DNA of 64,000 nucleotides, taken from positions 1 through 64,000 of the IMG/VR virus record IMGVR_UViG_3300012271_000008. One strand, given 5' to 3'. Numbering within the stretch: the first letter of the stretch is position 1; each line of letters opens with the position of its first letter. Below are positions 38,821-48,230 of the stretch, piece by piece. The stretch comes from an uncultured virus (IMG/VR IMGVR_UViG_3300012271_000008) (taxonomy: Duplodnaviria > Heunggongvirae > Uroviricota > Caudoviricetes). The notes beneath the pieces are model-generated. The model saw nothing but the letters and a program-made list of their open reading frames with translations. It searched no databases and was not told the origin of the DNA. Made by a program: the position numbers and the translations under genes.

Positions 38821-40989
38821 TTATTTATTTTCTAATCTATTAAGTAATTGGCTAGCAATCGTATTTACATTTTTTTCTTTAAACTCTTCTTCTTTATATT
38901 CTTCAATCACTAGCATTAACTGGAATAAAGCCATCACTCTATCAAAGTTACCAGATCTGCTGTATGCCATAAGTTCTTCTATTAGTCCAAGTGAAGGTAT
39001 AAGGTCTAAATTAAATATAGTTTCCCCTTCCTCACTTATACCTCTTTCTATCATTAACCAATTGTAACACCATTTTTCACAAGCACCTTTCATCTTGTCA
39101 TTCATAGGAGCACCATACACACGAGATACTTTAGAATTCTTTATAACCTTACCCATTGCTGAATCAGGTTGATGTTCTAATAAATGTACTTTACCTTTTC
39201 TATGAAAATAAGCCATAACATCTTTACCTATTTCATTCTCATGCATTATTTTAGCATTACCATAATACATAGATAACATCATAGCAACCTCATTTATATC
39301 ATCTGTAGATTCATATCTACCTGTATATTCTGCTACTATTTCATCATAACCGTGATCAAATTTTTGATAACCTTTATACACTATTAATGATGCTAAAGAT
39401 TTATATGCAGATTTATTATCTACATCAAACTTAACAGGGTCATACCCTATCTTATACATTTCAGAAGGATAATCAGTTTCTGGCGGACTTTGATAAATCA
39501 TTACAGCACTTTCAGCATTGTTTGATTTTTTGTGAGGATAAGAATATATAGGTTCTAACGATCTGTCAGGTATAAATTTAATAGGTCTCTGTGGATCTCT
39601 AGTTCTTTCTAACTTTCCAGGAACTCCTATATTTTTATATCTGTTGTTCATTTTTAACCTGCTCTTAACTCTTTTAAGTAAAGCAACTGGAAATACGTTT
39701 CCTTCAGGCTTTAGGAAAGCTTCTGTTGGAGTTTTACACTTTTGAGTAATGGATACATCATAATCTTCTTTAGATCCCTTAGAAGCTACTTTACGTTCTT
39801 TATCCAAAGACAATTCAGCTACCCATCTAAAAGAGTTTCCATTTTTATCCATTGAAACATGTAATTTACCATTTTCATCTACATAAGATGCACCTGGTCT
39901 AAACCACATTTCATCTACAAATAAACCTGACTTACTTTGTGTTTCATTTTCTTCGTATATGTTATCATACTCTGCTAAACCATAATCTGAAGGTGAGTTA
40001 TGCATCTCTGCAAAATCTTGTGTAGATCCCTCCATGTCACCACCTGTACCAAATATAATAGGTATACCAATCCACGTTTCACCATCTCTTAAAGTAGGTT
40101 CAGCAAATCTGTAAGCTTTTTTTAGCATGTTAATAAGACCACCCTCCTCAAATATAAATCTAGTACAAGATAGACCTGCGGATTTATCTGGATTATCTTT
40201 AAGAGTAAGAATTTTTATTTCAGATAAGAATCCCTTTTCAACATCTTGTCCATTAATTTTTTCCATCCAACCAGACCTAATAAATGTTTGAGTATCTTTT
40301 AGTTTAGAGTGTCTAAATTCTGTGTATTCATTTAAGAAGTTACACATATTCTTAGCCATGTTAAATGTGTTAATAGCTTTGTCTTCAATTTCAGCTGCAA
40401 TTACAACTCTAGATTTAGAGAAGAATGTGTATATCCATACAGCACCTGCAGCATTTTTAAATGAGAATCCTTTACGTCTAGCTTTTGCTAGTATAATTCC
40501 TTTTTTATCTTTACTAGATTTTCCAAATTTTACAGGGTTTTCACAAAGTTCTAATTCTAAGAAATAGTAATAGTCCATAGAAACAAAATTAGGGAATCCT
40601 AATTCCTTAGTTTCCCTTCCATCTGGTTTTGTAACTGTTTTTTCTATTCTACAAAAGTTTAAATAAAAGTAATGTTCTCCTGTAATATAAACTCCTCCAA
40701 TTGTAAAACCATTTAAACATCTATCTTTTTGCTCTTGCCAATATTTATAATATTGAGAGCTTCCAGGTATAGCCGTAGTGTAACAAGTGTTACCTTTACT
40801 TTCATTTAAATCAAATTCATTAGCAGCAGGTGTAAACACACTACTATCTTTAAACAAAAGATAATCTCTATTTAAATTAGAAACTGGATTTCTAAAAGAT
40901 AAATCAGACACTAAATCTTTTACCTCTTCAGGTATAGTTGATTTAATATCTGTTATAACCTCTGCTATTTTTGGATCGTATTTAGTCAT
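38821..40989 (-). CDS. terL: Terminase large subunit
   Basis: ITGEHYFYLNF, Walker A KARRKGFS, FEEGG, GTGG, GYDP and GNFDRVMA nuclease motif. Confidence 0.92.
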   Translation of the reverse strand: MTKYDPKIAEVITDIKSTIPEEVKDLVSDLSFRNPVSNLNRDYLLFKDSSVFTPAANEFDLNESKGNTCYTTAIPGSSQYYKYWQEQKDRCLNGFTIGGVYITGEHYFYLNFCRIEKTVTKPDGRETKELGFPNFVSMDYYYFLELELCENPVKFGKSSKDKKGIILAKARRKGFSFKNAAGAVWIYTFFSKSRVVIAAEIEDKAINTFNMAKNMCNFLNEYTEFRHSKLKDTQTFIRSGWMEKINGQDVEKGFLSEIKILTLKDNPDKSAGLSCTRFIFEEGGLINMLKKAYRFAEPTLRDGETWIGIPIIFGTGGDMEGSTQDFAEMHNSPSDYGLAEYDNIYEENETQSKSGLFVDEMWFRPGASYVDENGKLHVSMDKNGNSFRWVAELSLDKERKVASKGSKEDYDVSITQKCKTPTEAFLKPEGNVFPVALLKRVKSRLKMNNRYKNIGVPGKLERTRDPQRPIKFIPDRSLEPIYSYPHKKSNNAESAVMIYQSPPETDYPSEMYKIGYDPVKFDVDNKSAYKSLASLIVYKGYQKFDHGYDEIVAEYTGRYESTDDINEVAMMLSMYYGNAKIMHENEIGKDVMAYFHRKGKVHLLEHQPDSAMGKVIKNSKVSRVYGAPMNDKMKGACEKWCYNWLMIERGISEEGETIFNLDLIPSLGLIEELMAYSRSGNFDRVMALFQLMLVIEEYKEEEFKEKNVNTIASQLLNRLENK

Positions 40990-41521
40990 GTAGTATAGTT
41001 GAAGGTTTTACATTACCTTTTCTTTTAGCTGTAGTAGCTTTTTGTTTAGTAACAAGATCTTTTAAAGAATCTAATGATTCAAATAATTTACCTGCTTCTT
41101 TAATAGTATTTACAACATCTCTTACGTTATAAATAGGTTTACCTTTATCGTCTAAAGCTTTAAAATCTACAGAATAATTAAACTCTTCTAATTTTTTAAG
41201 AGCATATTCAGCAGAAGCTAAAAATCTCATTGCTTCAGTTTCTTCTAAAATTTTTACTTTGTCAATAGCTAATTGGATTTCTTTTTCAGGAAACCAATCA
41301 TTAACTATACAATCTTCTCTAACTAAAAGAGGTCTATCTTCTGGTGAAGACTTTGCATAAATAGAAGCTGGTGATGCCATATGATACACGTATTTAATGG
41401 CACCAGAAGCTTTTAATTTATCTGCTTTTTTGTCTAATTTCCATAGAACTGTAAATTCAGGAATATGTAAACCTTCAATTGTTATAATTGGTTCATTATT
41501 TATTAGATCAAAAATATTCAT
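40982..41521 (-). CDS. Conserved protein upstream of TerL (possible small terminase)
   Basis: 179 aa overlapping the TerL start; helical. Confidence 0.5.
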   Translation of the reverse strand: MNIFDLINNEPIITIEGLHIPEFTVLWKLDKKADKLKASGAIKYVYHMASPASIYAKSSPEDRPLLVREDCIVNDWFPEKEIQLAIDKVKILEETEAMRFLASAEYALKKLEEFNYSVDFKALDDKGKPIYNVRDVVNTIKEAGKLFESLDSLKDLVTKQKATTAKRKGNVKPSTILHD

Positions 41522-41974
41522 TTATTTAGTATTTCGTGTATCTACTTTTTTATATTTTTCATAAGTTCTCATACCTCCTATACCTAACATACCTAATACT
41601 ACTGGCATCATTTGGCTCATATCCAAAGTTTCTGGACATACTGCATTTAGACTTAGAGTTTCTACTAAAGTACAATAGACAGGTATAAATATAAAGTTAA
41701 TTGCAAAAACGGATGCACATACCCAGCCTATTGCTGGCCTCCAACCTGCTACAAATATAGAAGGGTGCGATGCTTCAACTTTATTAATACTTATCTGACC
41801 TAGCATTAATTCTTGTTCAAGCTTTTTCTCTTCTAATAATATCTCCATGTACTTCTCTTCAATTTCTCTTTTAGAAGTAAAATTTTTATCTACGGCATCT
41901 CCAATTTTTTCAATTAAAGACCCATCTCCTTTACCTTTTACAAGGTTTAGTGCTGCTGTTAATATTGGTCCCAT
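41522..41974 (-). CDS. Holin (3TM/DUF3154-like)
   Basis: EASHPSIFVAGWRPAIGWVC...LGMLGIGGMRTYEK; adjacent to the endolysin. Confidence 0.85.
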   Translation of the reverse strand: MGPILTAALNLVKGKGDGSLIEKIGDAVDKNFTSKREIEEKYMEILLEEKKLEQELMLGQISINKVEASHPSIFVAGWRPAIGWVCASVFAINFIFIPVYCTLVETLSLNAVCPETLDMSQMMPVVLGMLGIGGMRTYEKYKKVDTRNTK

Positions 41975-42414
41975 TATACTTTTCTTAATTCAAAATGAGG
42001 CATATCATCAAATCTTTGATCTGTTAATATCTCTCCGTCCATATCCCAATTGGCTCCCCACCTTACTTGGTGTGTTATTTCTCCTTCTGACAATAATATT
42101 GTAGCTGATGCTAAAATAGAACCTCCTAAAGCAGCTAAATGTGCAGGGTCAAAAGCCAATTTTTTATTTCCCTTCACATAGGCACATATGTCCACAGCCA
42201 TAGAAGGCGAAAGATTATGCTTACCTAGTTTTTTATATCCATCTATTTTAGATGCACCTTTTTTAAACAACTCATTTTGCCTTGCAATGCTTCTGTGCCC
42301 CTCTGTGATAATAAAATCAACAGGAGTTAACTGGATTGCTAACGCAAATATTTTTTGTAAATCTTCATGACAAGTTTTTAAATTGCCAAAAGATCTTTTA
42401 CTTAATTTATACAT
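41974..42414 (-). CDS. Endolysin, M15 family L-Ala-D-Glu peptidase
   Basis: LSKRS...HEDL...EGHRS...KH...AVD...WGANW...DMPHFEL. Confidence 0.88.
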   Translation of the reverse strand: MYKLSKRSFGNLKTCHEDLQKIFALAIQLTPVDFIITEGHRSIARQNELFKKGASKIDGYKKLGKHNLSPSMAVDICAYVKGNKKLAFDPAHLAALGGSILASATILLSEGEITHQVRWGANWDMDGEILTDQRFDDMPHFELRKV

Positions 42415-43927
42415 ATTTAGTTTTTACCATTACTTTAGTTGTAAGCAAAGTAGCCACAACTGAAACTGCATTTTCAACTGCAATTATTGTTACTTTAGCA
42501 GGATCTAATATTTTAGTTTTGCTCCTTTTCTCCATCTCCATAGTCTTTGCATTAAAAATAGAATCAGTATCATGATTTAGTATTGCTTCTTCAATTACTA
42601 ATATATCTTTTTCTTGAACACTTGCATTAATGCATATTTGTTTAAAAGGTATACTAGCTGCTACAGACAATAATTTACAGTGTTGTCCAGCTATTAATAA
42701 AGCAACACCTCCACCTGGAAGTACACCTTGTTCTAAGGCTGCTCTAGTTGCTGCGACTGCATCATCTACTCTGTCTTTCTTTTCTTTTAATTCAATTTCT
42801 GTGGTAGCACCTACTTTTATAATAGCTACTTTGCCTTTTAATTTAGCAATTCTTTCATCCACTCTACTTTGTTCGTACTCAGTAGGCAATTCATCTTTTA
42901 TGTTTAATAGACCTTGAATTCTGTCTTCTGCTTTATTTTCTTTACCTATAAAAGTAGTTTTTCTTTGAGATATAATTACTTTTTCAATAGTACCAAAAGG
43001 TTCGGTTGGTTTTAAAGTATCTGTAACAACACTTCCACCTGTAATAGCACATATATCTTTTAAGCTTTCTAATCTACCTTGTGCATATCCTTCTGGAGTT
43101 ATAACACAACATTTAATCCTACCATTAACATTGTTATGTGCTAACCAAGATAAAGCTTCACCAGTTACTTTAGCGTTAACTATAAGTAAAGGTTTATTAG
43201 CTTCCATAGCTTGTTGCATTAAAGGTAATACATCTGCAGAGGATTTCATAGGTAAATTAGTACAATATACTAAAGGATTTTCATATTCAACTACTTTTGA
43301 ATCAGCTCCAGGAGTTAAAAAGTGTATAGACTCATAACCTCTGTCTATTTCCATACCTTTTACAAATTCTACTTCTGTTTCTATACCAGTAGCTTCTTCA
43401 ACAGTTACTACACCATTTTTTCCTACAGTATTAAATACTCCTGCTATTAATTCTCCTAGTTTTTCATCACCATTACAAGAAATAGTAGAAATATCTATTA
43501 AATTCTTAGAGTTTACTTTTAAAGTTTGTTCTTTTAAGGATTCTATAATAACAACTAGATCATCCTCCATTTCTTTTTTAATTGTTAAAGGATCTGCTCC
43601 ATTAGCAATTCTTTCTGCACCTAGATTGTAAATAGATTGAGCTATTACTGTAGCTGTAGTTGTTCCATCACCTACTAAGTCATTTGATTTAGTAGCTACT
43701 TCTTGTATAACTCTAATAGCAATATTTTCTATTGCATCTTCAGACCATATCTCTTTAGCTACTGATACACCATCTTTTGTTATAATAGCTTTAGGATTAC
43801 CATTAACATCTTCTTTATATATAATTACATTCCTACCTTTAGGTCCTAACGTCACTTTTACGGCGTCACATATAATGTTAACGCCGTCTTTTAGTGAATC
43901 TTGTAATTCTTTTCCAAATATAACCAT
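42407..43927 (-). CDS. groEL: Chaperonin GroEL homolog
   Basis: TLGPKGRNV, TKDGVSVA, GDGTTTATV, DRGYES, EKKDRVDDA, PGGGVALL, DPAKV. Confidence 0.95.
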   Translation of the reverse strand: MVIFGKELQDSLKDGVNIICDAVKVTLGPKGRNVIIYKEDVNGNPKAIITKDGVSVAKEIWSEDAIENIAIRVIQEVATKSNDLVGDGTTTATVIAQSIYNLGAERIANGADPLTIKKEMEDDLVVIIESLKEQTLKVNSKNLIDISTISCNGDEKLGELIAGVFNTVGKNGVVTVEEATGIETEVEFVKGMEIDRGYESIHFLTPGADSKVVEYENPLVYCTNLPMKSSADVLPLMQQAMEANKPLLIVNAKVTGEALSWLAHNNVNGRIKCCVITPEGYAQGRLESLKDICAITGGSVVTDTLKPTEPFGTIEKVIISQRKTTFIGKENKAEDRIQGLLNIKDELPTEYEQSRVDERIAKLKGKVAIIKVGATTEIELKEKKDRVDDAVAATRAALEQGVLPGGGVALLIAGQHCKLLSVAASIPFKQICINASVQEKDILVIEEAILNHDTDSIFNAKTMEMEKRSKTKILDPAKVTIIAVENAVSVVATLLTTKVMVKTKYV

Positions 43928-43929
43928 AA

Positions 43930-44388
43930 TTATTCTGCTGGTTCTACATAGTCTACTCCGTAAGACTCATAAGTTAGTACATAGGGAGAAAACTTTTTAT
44001 TGTTATCAGTCCATGCACTAGAATCTGTCTTATCAAAATAAATTGTACTTCTTGGATAATTATCTAAGCTCCAATGAACAATATCCCCTACTTCTACTTC
44101 TACACATTGTGGTCCTTTTGCTATTACTATACCTTTGTTTTGATACATAGGTTTGTAGCTGTCCTCTCTATCTACACCTTCTGAATCTGTGATTAGTCCT
44201 GATTCAGGAGCTAACAATCCATTGTCATCTTCATCTGGCATATCATATCTTTTAATTATTAGTAAATCTTTAATGGTTTTTCCAATTTTATCTTTGTACT
44301 CATCCATTACATAAACTTCTTCTGTCTTTTTAACCATGGCTGTAGCCATATCCTCATTTGTTGTTTTGTTTTTCATATTAATCTTCAA
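43930..44388 (-). CDS. GroES-like co-chaperonin
   Basis: GIVIAKGPQCVEVEVGDIV motif, directly upstream of GroEL. Confidence 0.65.
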   Translation of the reverse strand: MKINMKNKTTNEDMATAMVKKTEEVYVMDEYKDKIGKTIKDLLIIKRYDMPDEDDNGLLAPESGLITDSEGVDREDSYKPMYQNKGIVIAKGPQCVEVEVGDIVHWSLDNYPRSTIYFDKTDSSAWTDNNKKFSPYVLTYESYGVDYVEPAE

Positions 44389-44671
44389 TTATTATGTTAT
44401 TGTCTTCTTTAAACTTAAACCATTCTTTTGTCTCCATAATGTCTGGAAACCTCTTACCTTCATTGCAGCTCTTATATACATATAGCTTACCAGGGTAACT
44501 GCATCCACATTGAACACACTTTCCTGCAACACCACAAGTACTGGCACAAATTTTGTCTCTATATATAATCTGCTCTTTGACATGTTCTTCTAATAAATTA
44601 AATCTATCACCAAACATTCTAATATTACCACTAACAAAATCTTTTATATTGGTTAATGTTATACCTTTCAT
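44378..44671 (-). CDS. Hypothetical Cys-rich (Zn-binding) protein
   Basis: CASTC...CVQCGC...C. Confidence 0.6.
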   Translation of the reverse strand: MKGITLTNIKDFVSGNIRMFGDRFNLLEEHVKEQIIYRDKICASTCGVAGKCVQCGCSYPGKLYVYKSCNEGKRFPDIMETKEWFKFKEDNNIIIED

Positions 44672-45027
44672 TATAATCTGTCGTATTTGTACTTAGTTAA
44701 AGCAGTTAATTTTAGCATATTAGTTACAATAGATGCTAATTCAGGTAGTGATTCTACATAAGGGTAAAACTCATCTAACTTCTGAATAAACTCATCTAGT
44801 ACTTCTTCAAAAGGTAAACCCTTATGATATACTGGTAAATTAACACTTAATTCTTCCTTAAACCTTGTAGAATAAATTATATTAAATTCTCTTAATAAAT
44901 TATTTGATTCTACTAAATAACTATCTATTAGTTCTCTCTCTTGCACTGTTTCTACAGTCATTCCATTTAGTAGAGTGCTGACTAACGTTTCTGTTACGCC
45001 CTCTACAAATACTCTTACTTTTTTCAT
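44671..45027 (-). CDS. Hypothetical protein
   Basis: 118 aa, coupled ORF. Confidence 0.55.
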   Translation of the reverse strand: MKKVRVFVEGVTETLVSTLLNGMTVETVQERELIDSYLVESNNLLREFNIIYSTRFKEELSVNLPVYHKGLPFEEVLDEFIQKLDEFYPYVESLPELASIVTNMLKLTALTKYKYDRL

Positions 45028-45311
45028 TATCTTTTATATCCCATTGGTACTACTATTGTTAAACTTTCTTTTAATTCTATTAGCTTTTTAAAACTCATTT
45101 TTATTAAGCTACTTTCTTTTCTAATGTCATCATATATTAAGCATTTAGTTTTATAAGGTTTTCCCCCTTGTTTTAGTACCTCTTCAGGGAAAACAAACCT
45201 TATATCAAAATTCTTTTTTAGTGTTACACTCTCATGAGCACAATATTCATTCCCTTCTTTGTCTTTTTTCCAGACATCTACTAATGTGTTTAATGTTTTA
45301 TAGTGTTCCAT
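45027..45311 (-). CDS. Hypothetical protein
   Basis: 94 aa, coupled ORF. Confidence 0.55.
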   Translation of the reverse strand: MEHYKTLNTLVDVWKKDKEGNEYCAHESVTLKKNFDIRFVFPEEVLKQGGKPYKTKCLIYDDIRKESSLIKMSFKKLIELKESLTIVVPMGYKR

Positions 45312-45589
45312 GTGTTATTTCTAATTTTCCAAAGAATTTTAATTTTTTCTTTAATCTTAATATTATCTTTACCTTTGTTCTTTAAACTTTTAGCTGTTTT
45401 AATATGTGCTGATATAATATGTTTTATTATCCGTGGATTAACTTTTATTTTACCAAGCTCTTGTATATGTATTGTGTTACCTTCATTGTTTGACATTTCT
45501 TCTTTAATATATTTGAAGAAGTGGTTGTAAACATTTTTAAGTAAGAACTCTGATACATTATTTTCTTCTGCTAATACTTTTAGATCCAT
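45290..45589 (-). CDS. HU-like DNA-binding protein
   Basis: LAEENNVS...FFKYIKEEM...IHIQELGKI resembles the HU fold. Confidence 0.55.
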   Translation of the reverse strand: MDLKVLAEENNVSEFLLKNVYNHFFKYIKEEMSNNEGNTIHIQELGKIKVNPRIIKHIISAHIKTAKSLKNKGKDNIKIKEKIKILWKIRNNTWNTIKH

Positions 45590-45963
45590 TATACAATATT
45601 GAACTCATATACTAGTGTAATTTTTTTATGATCTCTTAATTTATCTTTAGCTAAGTTAATAGCAGGTTTAATAGAAATCTTTTTATTAACTTTTATTAAA
45701 TAACCTTTTTCTATTAATTTAGTAATATAATTTTCTAGGTTAGAATAATTTTTAAAACCAAATTCTTCTCTTACTGCTCTTTTAGCTGTAGTAGAAAATC
45801 TATCCTTTCTTATTAAGTCACCCTCTAGTATCCAAAACTCTGTTAAGATCTCTAACTCCATATCTGTGATTCTTCTATGAGCTGGGAAACTATTTGAGGT
45901 GTGTCTTAAAAATTCTTTGTAAAATTGCTTTAAATTTAGTTCTTTACTTCTTCTAGCTATCAT
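45589..45963 (-). CDS. Winged-helix DNA-binding protein (putative)
   Basis: ITDMELEIL...LENYITKLIEKGYLIK. Confidence 0.55.
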   Translation of the reverse strand: MIARRSKELNLKQFYKEFLRHTSNSFPAHRRITDMELEILTEFWILEGDLIRKDRFSTTAKRAVREEFGFKNYSNLENYITKLIEKGYLIKVNKKISIKPAINLAKDKLRDHKKITLVYEFNIV

Positions 45964-46154
45964 ATTAAAATTACTTTTATATCATCTTCCTCCCCTTCAA
46001 TAGGACTACCATCAAGTTTATACATACTTATAGCACCACCATAGTGTTTAATAAAACCAAAAGGGTATTCAATATAAGTGTGATCCGCTACTGTATTTAA
46101 ATTTGAAACACTTTCTATGTAATCAAAAATTTCTTTTTTTATCTCTATCTTCAT
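45960..46154 (-). CDS. Hypothetical protein
   Basis: ATG 46154 lies just downstream of a promoter. Confidence 0.55.
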   Translation of the reverse strand: MKIEIKKEIFDYIESVSNLNTVADHTYIEYPFGFIKHYGGAISMYKLDGSPIEGEEDDIKVILI

Positions 46155-46161
46155 TGTAATA

Positions 46162-46193
46162 CAAAGGTACGACAAATTATCATAACAACCAAG
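46162..46193 (-). promoter_or_regulatory. Bacteroidota sigma-70 type late promoter
   Basis: CTTG-N20-TACCTTTG. Confidence 0.75.
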
Positions 46194-46232
46194 TAGTATT
46201 TATAATTTTTTTTGTGTAGATAAAATTAGGCA

Positions 46233-46259
46233 TAAAAAAAGGAGAGTGTAAACTCTCCT
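46233..46259 (-). terminator. Intrinsic terminator
   Basis: Minus strand AGGAGAG-TTTACA-CTCTCCT-TTTTTT. Confidence 0.8.
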
Positions 46260-46281
46260 AATTATGGTCCTAAGCGATTCT

Positions 46282-46470
46282 TTAAGAACTGTATCCTGTT
46301 TTCCTGTAATAGAAGTGTGCAGCAGTCCAACCTAAAAGTGTAAGTACTATTGTACATAATGCTACTTTAAGTCCTGATCCATTAATAAGAGTAAAAGATA
46401 TAATAGCACCTGTTATAGCAAATAAGCTTTTTAATGGTCTAAGTACTGAGTAATTTTTAAATAAATTCAT
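46282..46470 (-). CDS. Small membrane protein
   Basis: 62 aa with two hydrophobic segments. Confidence 0.55.
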   Translation of the reverse strand: MNLFKNYSVLRPLKSLFAITGAIISFTLINGSGLKVALCTIVLTLLGWTAAHFYYRKTGYSS

Positions 46471-46825
46471 ATGTGTATGTTATATAAGTTAATGTAACTG
46501 CTATTATTAAAGAAGTTATTCTAACAAATAGATTAGCAGCTACGGGTAGTTTTTTAAATTCTAAATCAGTTTTATTACTACCTAAATAAAACCATTCTTT
46601 CATTTTTATCTTTGAGAAAGCTAAATCAAATATAGCTACTCTTAAAAAAAAGTATATAGGAACTCCTAAATAACTATTTATTAATAGTCCCATTATACTA
46701 GCAATCATAACAGTACCAGTTAACCTTAAATTTGATATTAGATCATGTTTGTCACCATATATTACTTCTAAAGTAACTTCTAATAGAACCAATAACAATA
46801 AGTTTATAAATAAGAGTGTATACAT
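46457..46825 (-). CDS. Membrane protein
   Basis: 122 aa with 3-4 hydrophobic segments. Confidence 0.6.
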   Translation of the reverse strand: MYTLLFINLLLLVLLEVTLEVIYGDKHDLISNLRLTGTVMIASIMGLLINSYLGVPIYFFLRVAIFDLAFSKIKMKEWFYLGSNKTDLEFKKLPVAANLFVRITSLIIAVTLTYITYTYEFI

Positions 46826-46841
46826 AATTTCTTTGTCTTTT

Positions 46842-47119
46842 ATACTTACTGTGAAATAAGCATAGCTTTTCCCCTTGTAAGTTTTACCTTAGTTGCTATT
46901 TCAAGTTTAAACTTCGTTAGTAGCAGTGATTGAGCCTCTGGATAACAATATGGGGTGAACTCCCCAGACCTTTATGGTGTCTAATCTATCCAACACTACT
47001 AACTCGTTTTAACCCTTGTGTATCTATTGGAGAAAACTCTGATTCTATTTGAATCTACAATCCAACTTCTAACCTCTTATTGGTTACCTAGAGGTGGTAT
47101 TCATAACTGAATGATACAC
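46842..47119 (-). ncRNA. Candidate large structured ncRNA
   Basis: ORF-free and GC-elevated, starts immediately after a promoter, many nested stems (see findings). Confidence 0.6.
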
Positions 47120-47121
47120 TA

Positions 47122-47153
47122 CAAATATACAACTATTTTTATTAATATCCTAA
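47122..47153 (-). promoter_or_regulatory. Bacteroidota sigma-70 type promoter
   Basis: TTAG-N20-TATATTTG. Confidence 0.65.
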
Positions 47154-47167
47154 TTTATTTTAAAGTT

Positions 47168-47605
47168 TTATGTATATTTTTTCATTATATTCTCTAAATC
47201 ATTTAATATCTTTACATTAGATGTAATATCTTTTTCTTTAATGTCTTCTACTCTCTGTATTAGCTTTATCCAATCATCTGCCTTCATTACAACAAAGTGT
47301 TCATTAGTTTTAGAAGTCTTCTTATGTGCTATTACAGTAGGGTATTTTTGTATACTATCATCTTCTGTAAAGTTCTTTTCTTTGCAAGCATCTATCTTAT
47401 CAAATATATCTTTATAGTTAATGCCTCTAGGATACCCACATTTTAATTGCATATTATAAGGTATGTTTATAAGGTCTATACCTGAATCATCAGCTATCCT
47501 ACTACCTTGCCTTGCAGTAATACATTTATCCCAACCTAAGTCTTTAAACACATTAGCCCACATTCTTTCATACCTATGCCCTTTGTCTCTGTTTTTATTT
47601 GCCAT
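47168..47605 (-). CDS. Holliday junction resolvase-like PD-(D/E)xK nuclease
   Basis: NRDKGHRYER...DDSGIDL...MQLK. Confidence 0.75.
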   Translation of the reverse strand: MANKNRDKGHRYERMWANVFKDLGWDKCITARQGSRIADDSGIDLINIPYNMQLKCGYPRGINYKDIFDKIDACKEKNFTEDDSIQKYPTVIAHKKTSKTNEHFVVMKADDWIKLIQRVEDIKEKDITSNVKILNDLENIMKKYT

Positions 47606-47852
47606 TATTCAAACTCATCTTTTACTTTGTTATATAAAGCTTCTATTTCATCTTCACTCATATCATCTAGTATAACATTTAATGGAAACTCTTGGTATAT
47701 CTCAAAAAATTCTTTTTTACTTATCATTACTTTTTACTTTTATTTTTTTTTCAATTTCAAGTGCTTGTTCTAATAAAAATTTTTCAATTTTATCATTAAC
47801 TTTTCTTTGAGATTTAAATCTTTCAGGAGTATTTACATACTCTGCATTTACA

Positions 47853-48053
47853 TTATTTATTAGCATAATTTACTTCTTCAAAGTTCCTACAATTAACACA
47901 TTTAGGATTATTGCAATTCATTCCTATTGGAACCATTACATTAAATTCTAAACAAGTAGTTAATACTTCTATTTCTTCTCCTTTAAATCTTTCAGGATTT
48001 CTTTTATACCTTTCCATTTCTTCTAGGCTTATTTCTGTTTGTATTTTTTTCAT
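47853..48053 (-). CDS. Hypothetical Cys-rich protein
   Basis: 66 aa, CNNPKCVNC. Confidence 0.5.
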   Translation of the reverse strand: MKKIQTEISLEEMERYKRNPERFKGEEIEVLTTCLEFNVMVPIGMNCNNPKCVNCRNFEEVNYANK

Positions 48054-48054
48054 A

Positions 48055-48192
48055 TTATTTTTTCCACTTTAAGTTTTTTAGTACTTCTTCATCTGGTGTG
48101 TCTTTAAGTATTTCATCTAACATCTCCATATTAGTTTTTATAATATTAGTTTTAACCTTTATTTTTTCCCACCATTCTAATTTATTTTTCAT
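48055..48192 (-). CDS. Small hypothetical protein (45 aa, not in ORF track)
   Basis: MKNKLEWWEK...KWKK*; ATG 6 nt after a promoter. Confidence 0.5.
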   Translation of the reverse strand: MKNKLEWWEKIKVKTNIIKTNMEMLDEILKDTPDEEVLKNLKWKK

Positions 48193-48198
48193 TTACTA

Positions 48199-48230
48199 CA
48201 AAGGTAGTACATATATAGCGTAAATGCTAA
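48199..48230 (-). promoter_or_regulatory. Bacteroidota sigma-70 type promoter starting the leftward arm
   Basis: TTAG-N20-TACCTTTG. Confidence 0.7.

Noticed and set aside
33692..40989. Introns or inteins in TerL, portal or MCP
   Set aside because: The ORFs are continuous, of ordinary length, and show no intein terminal motifs.
1130..47773. Plus-strand ORFs in the track (e.g. 1130, 9188, 11000, 11270, 14412, 31419, 42630)
   Set aside because: Antisense shadows of long minus-strand genes; Leu/Ser/Phe-rich with no motifs.
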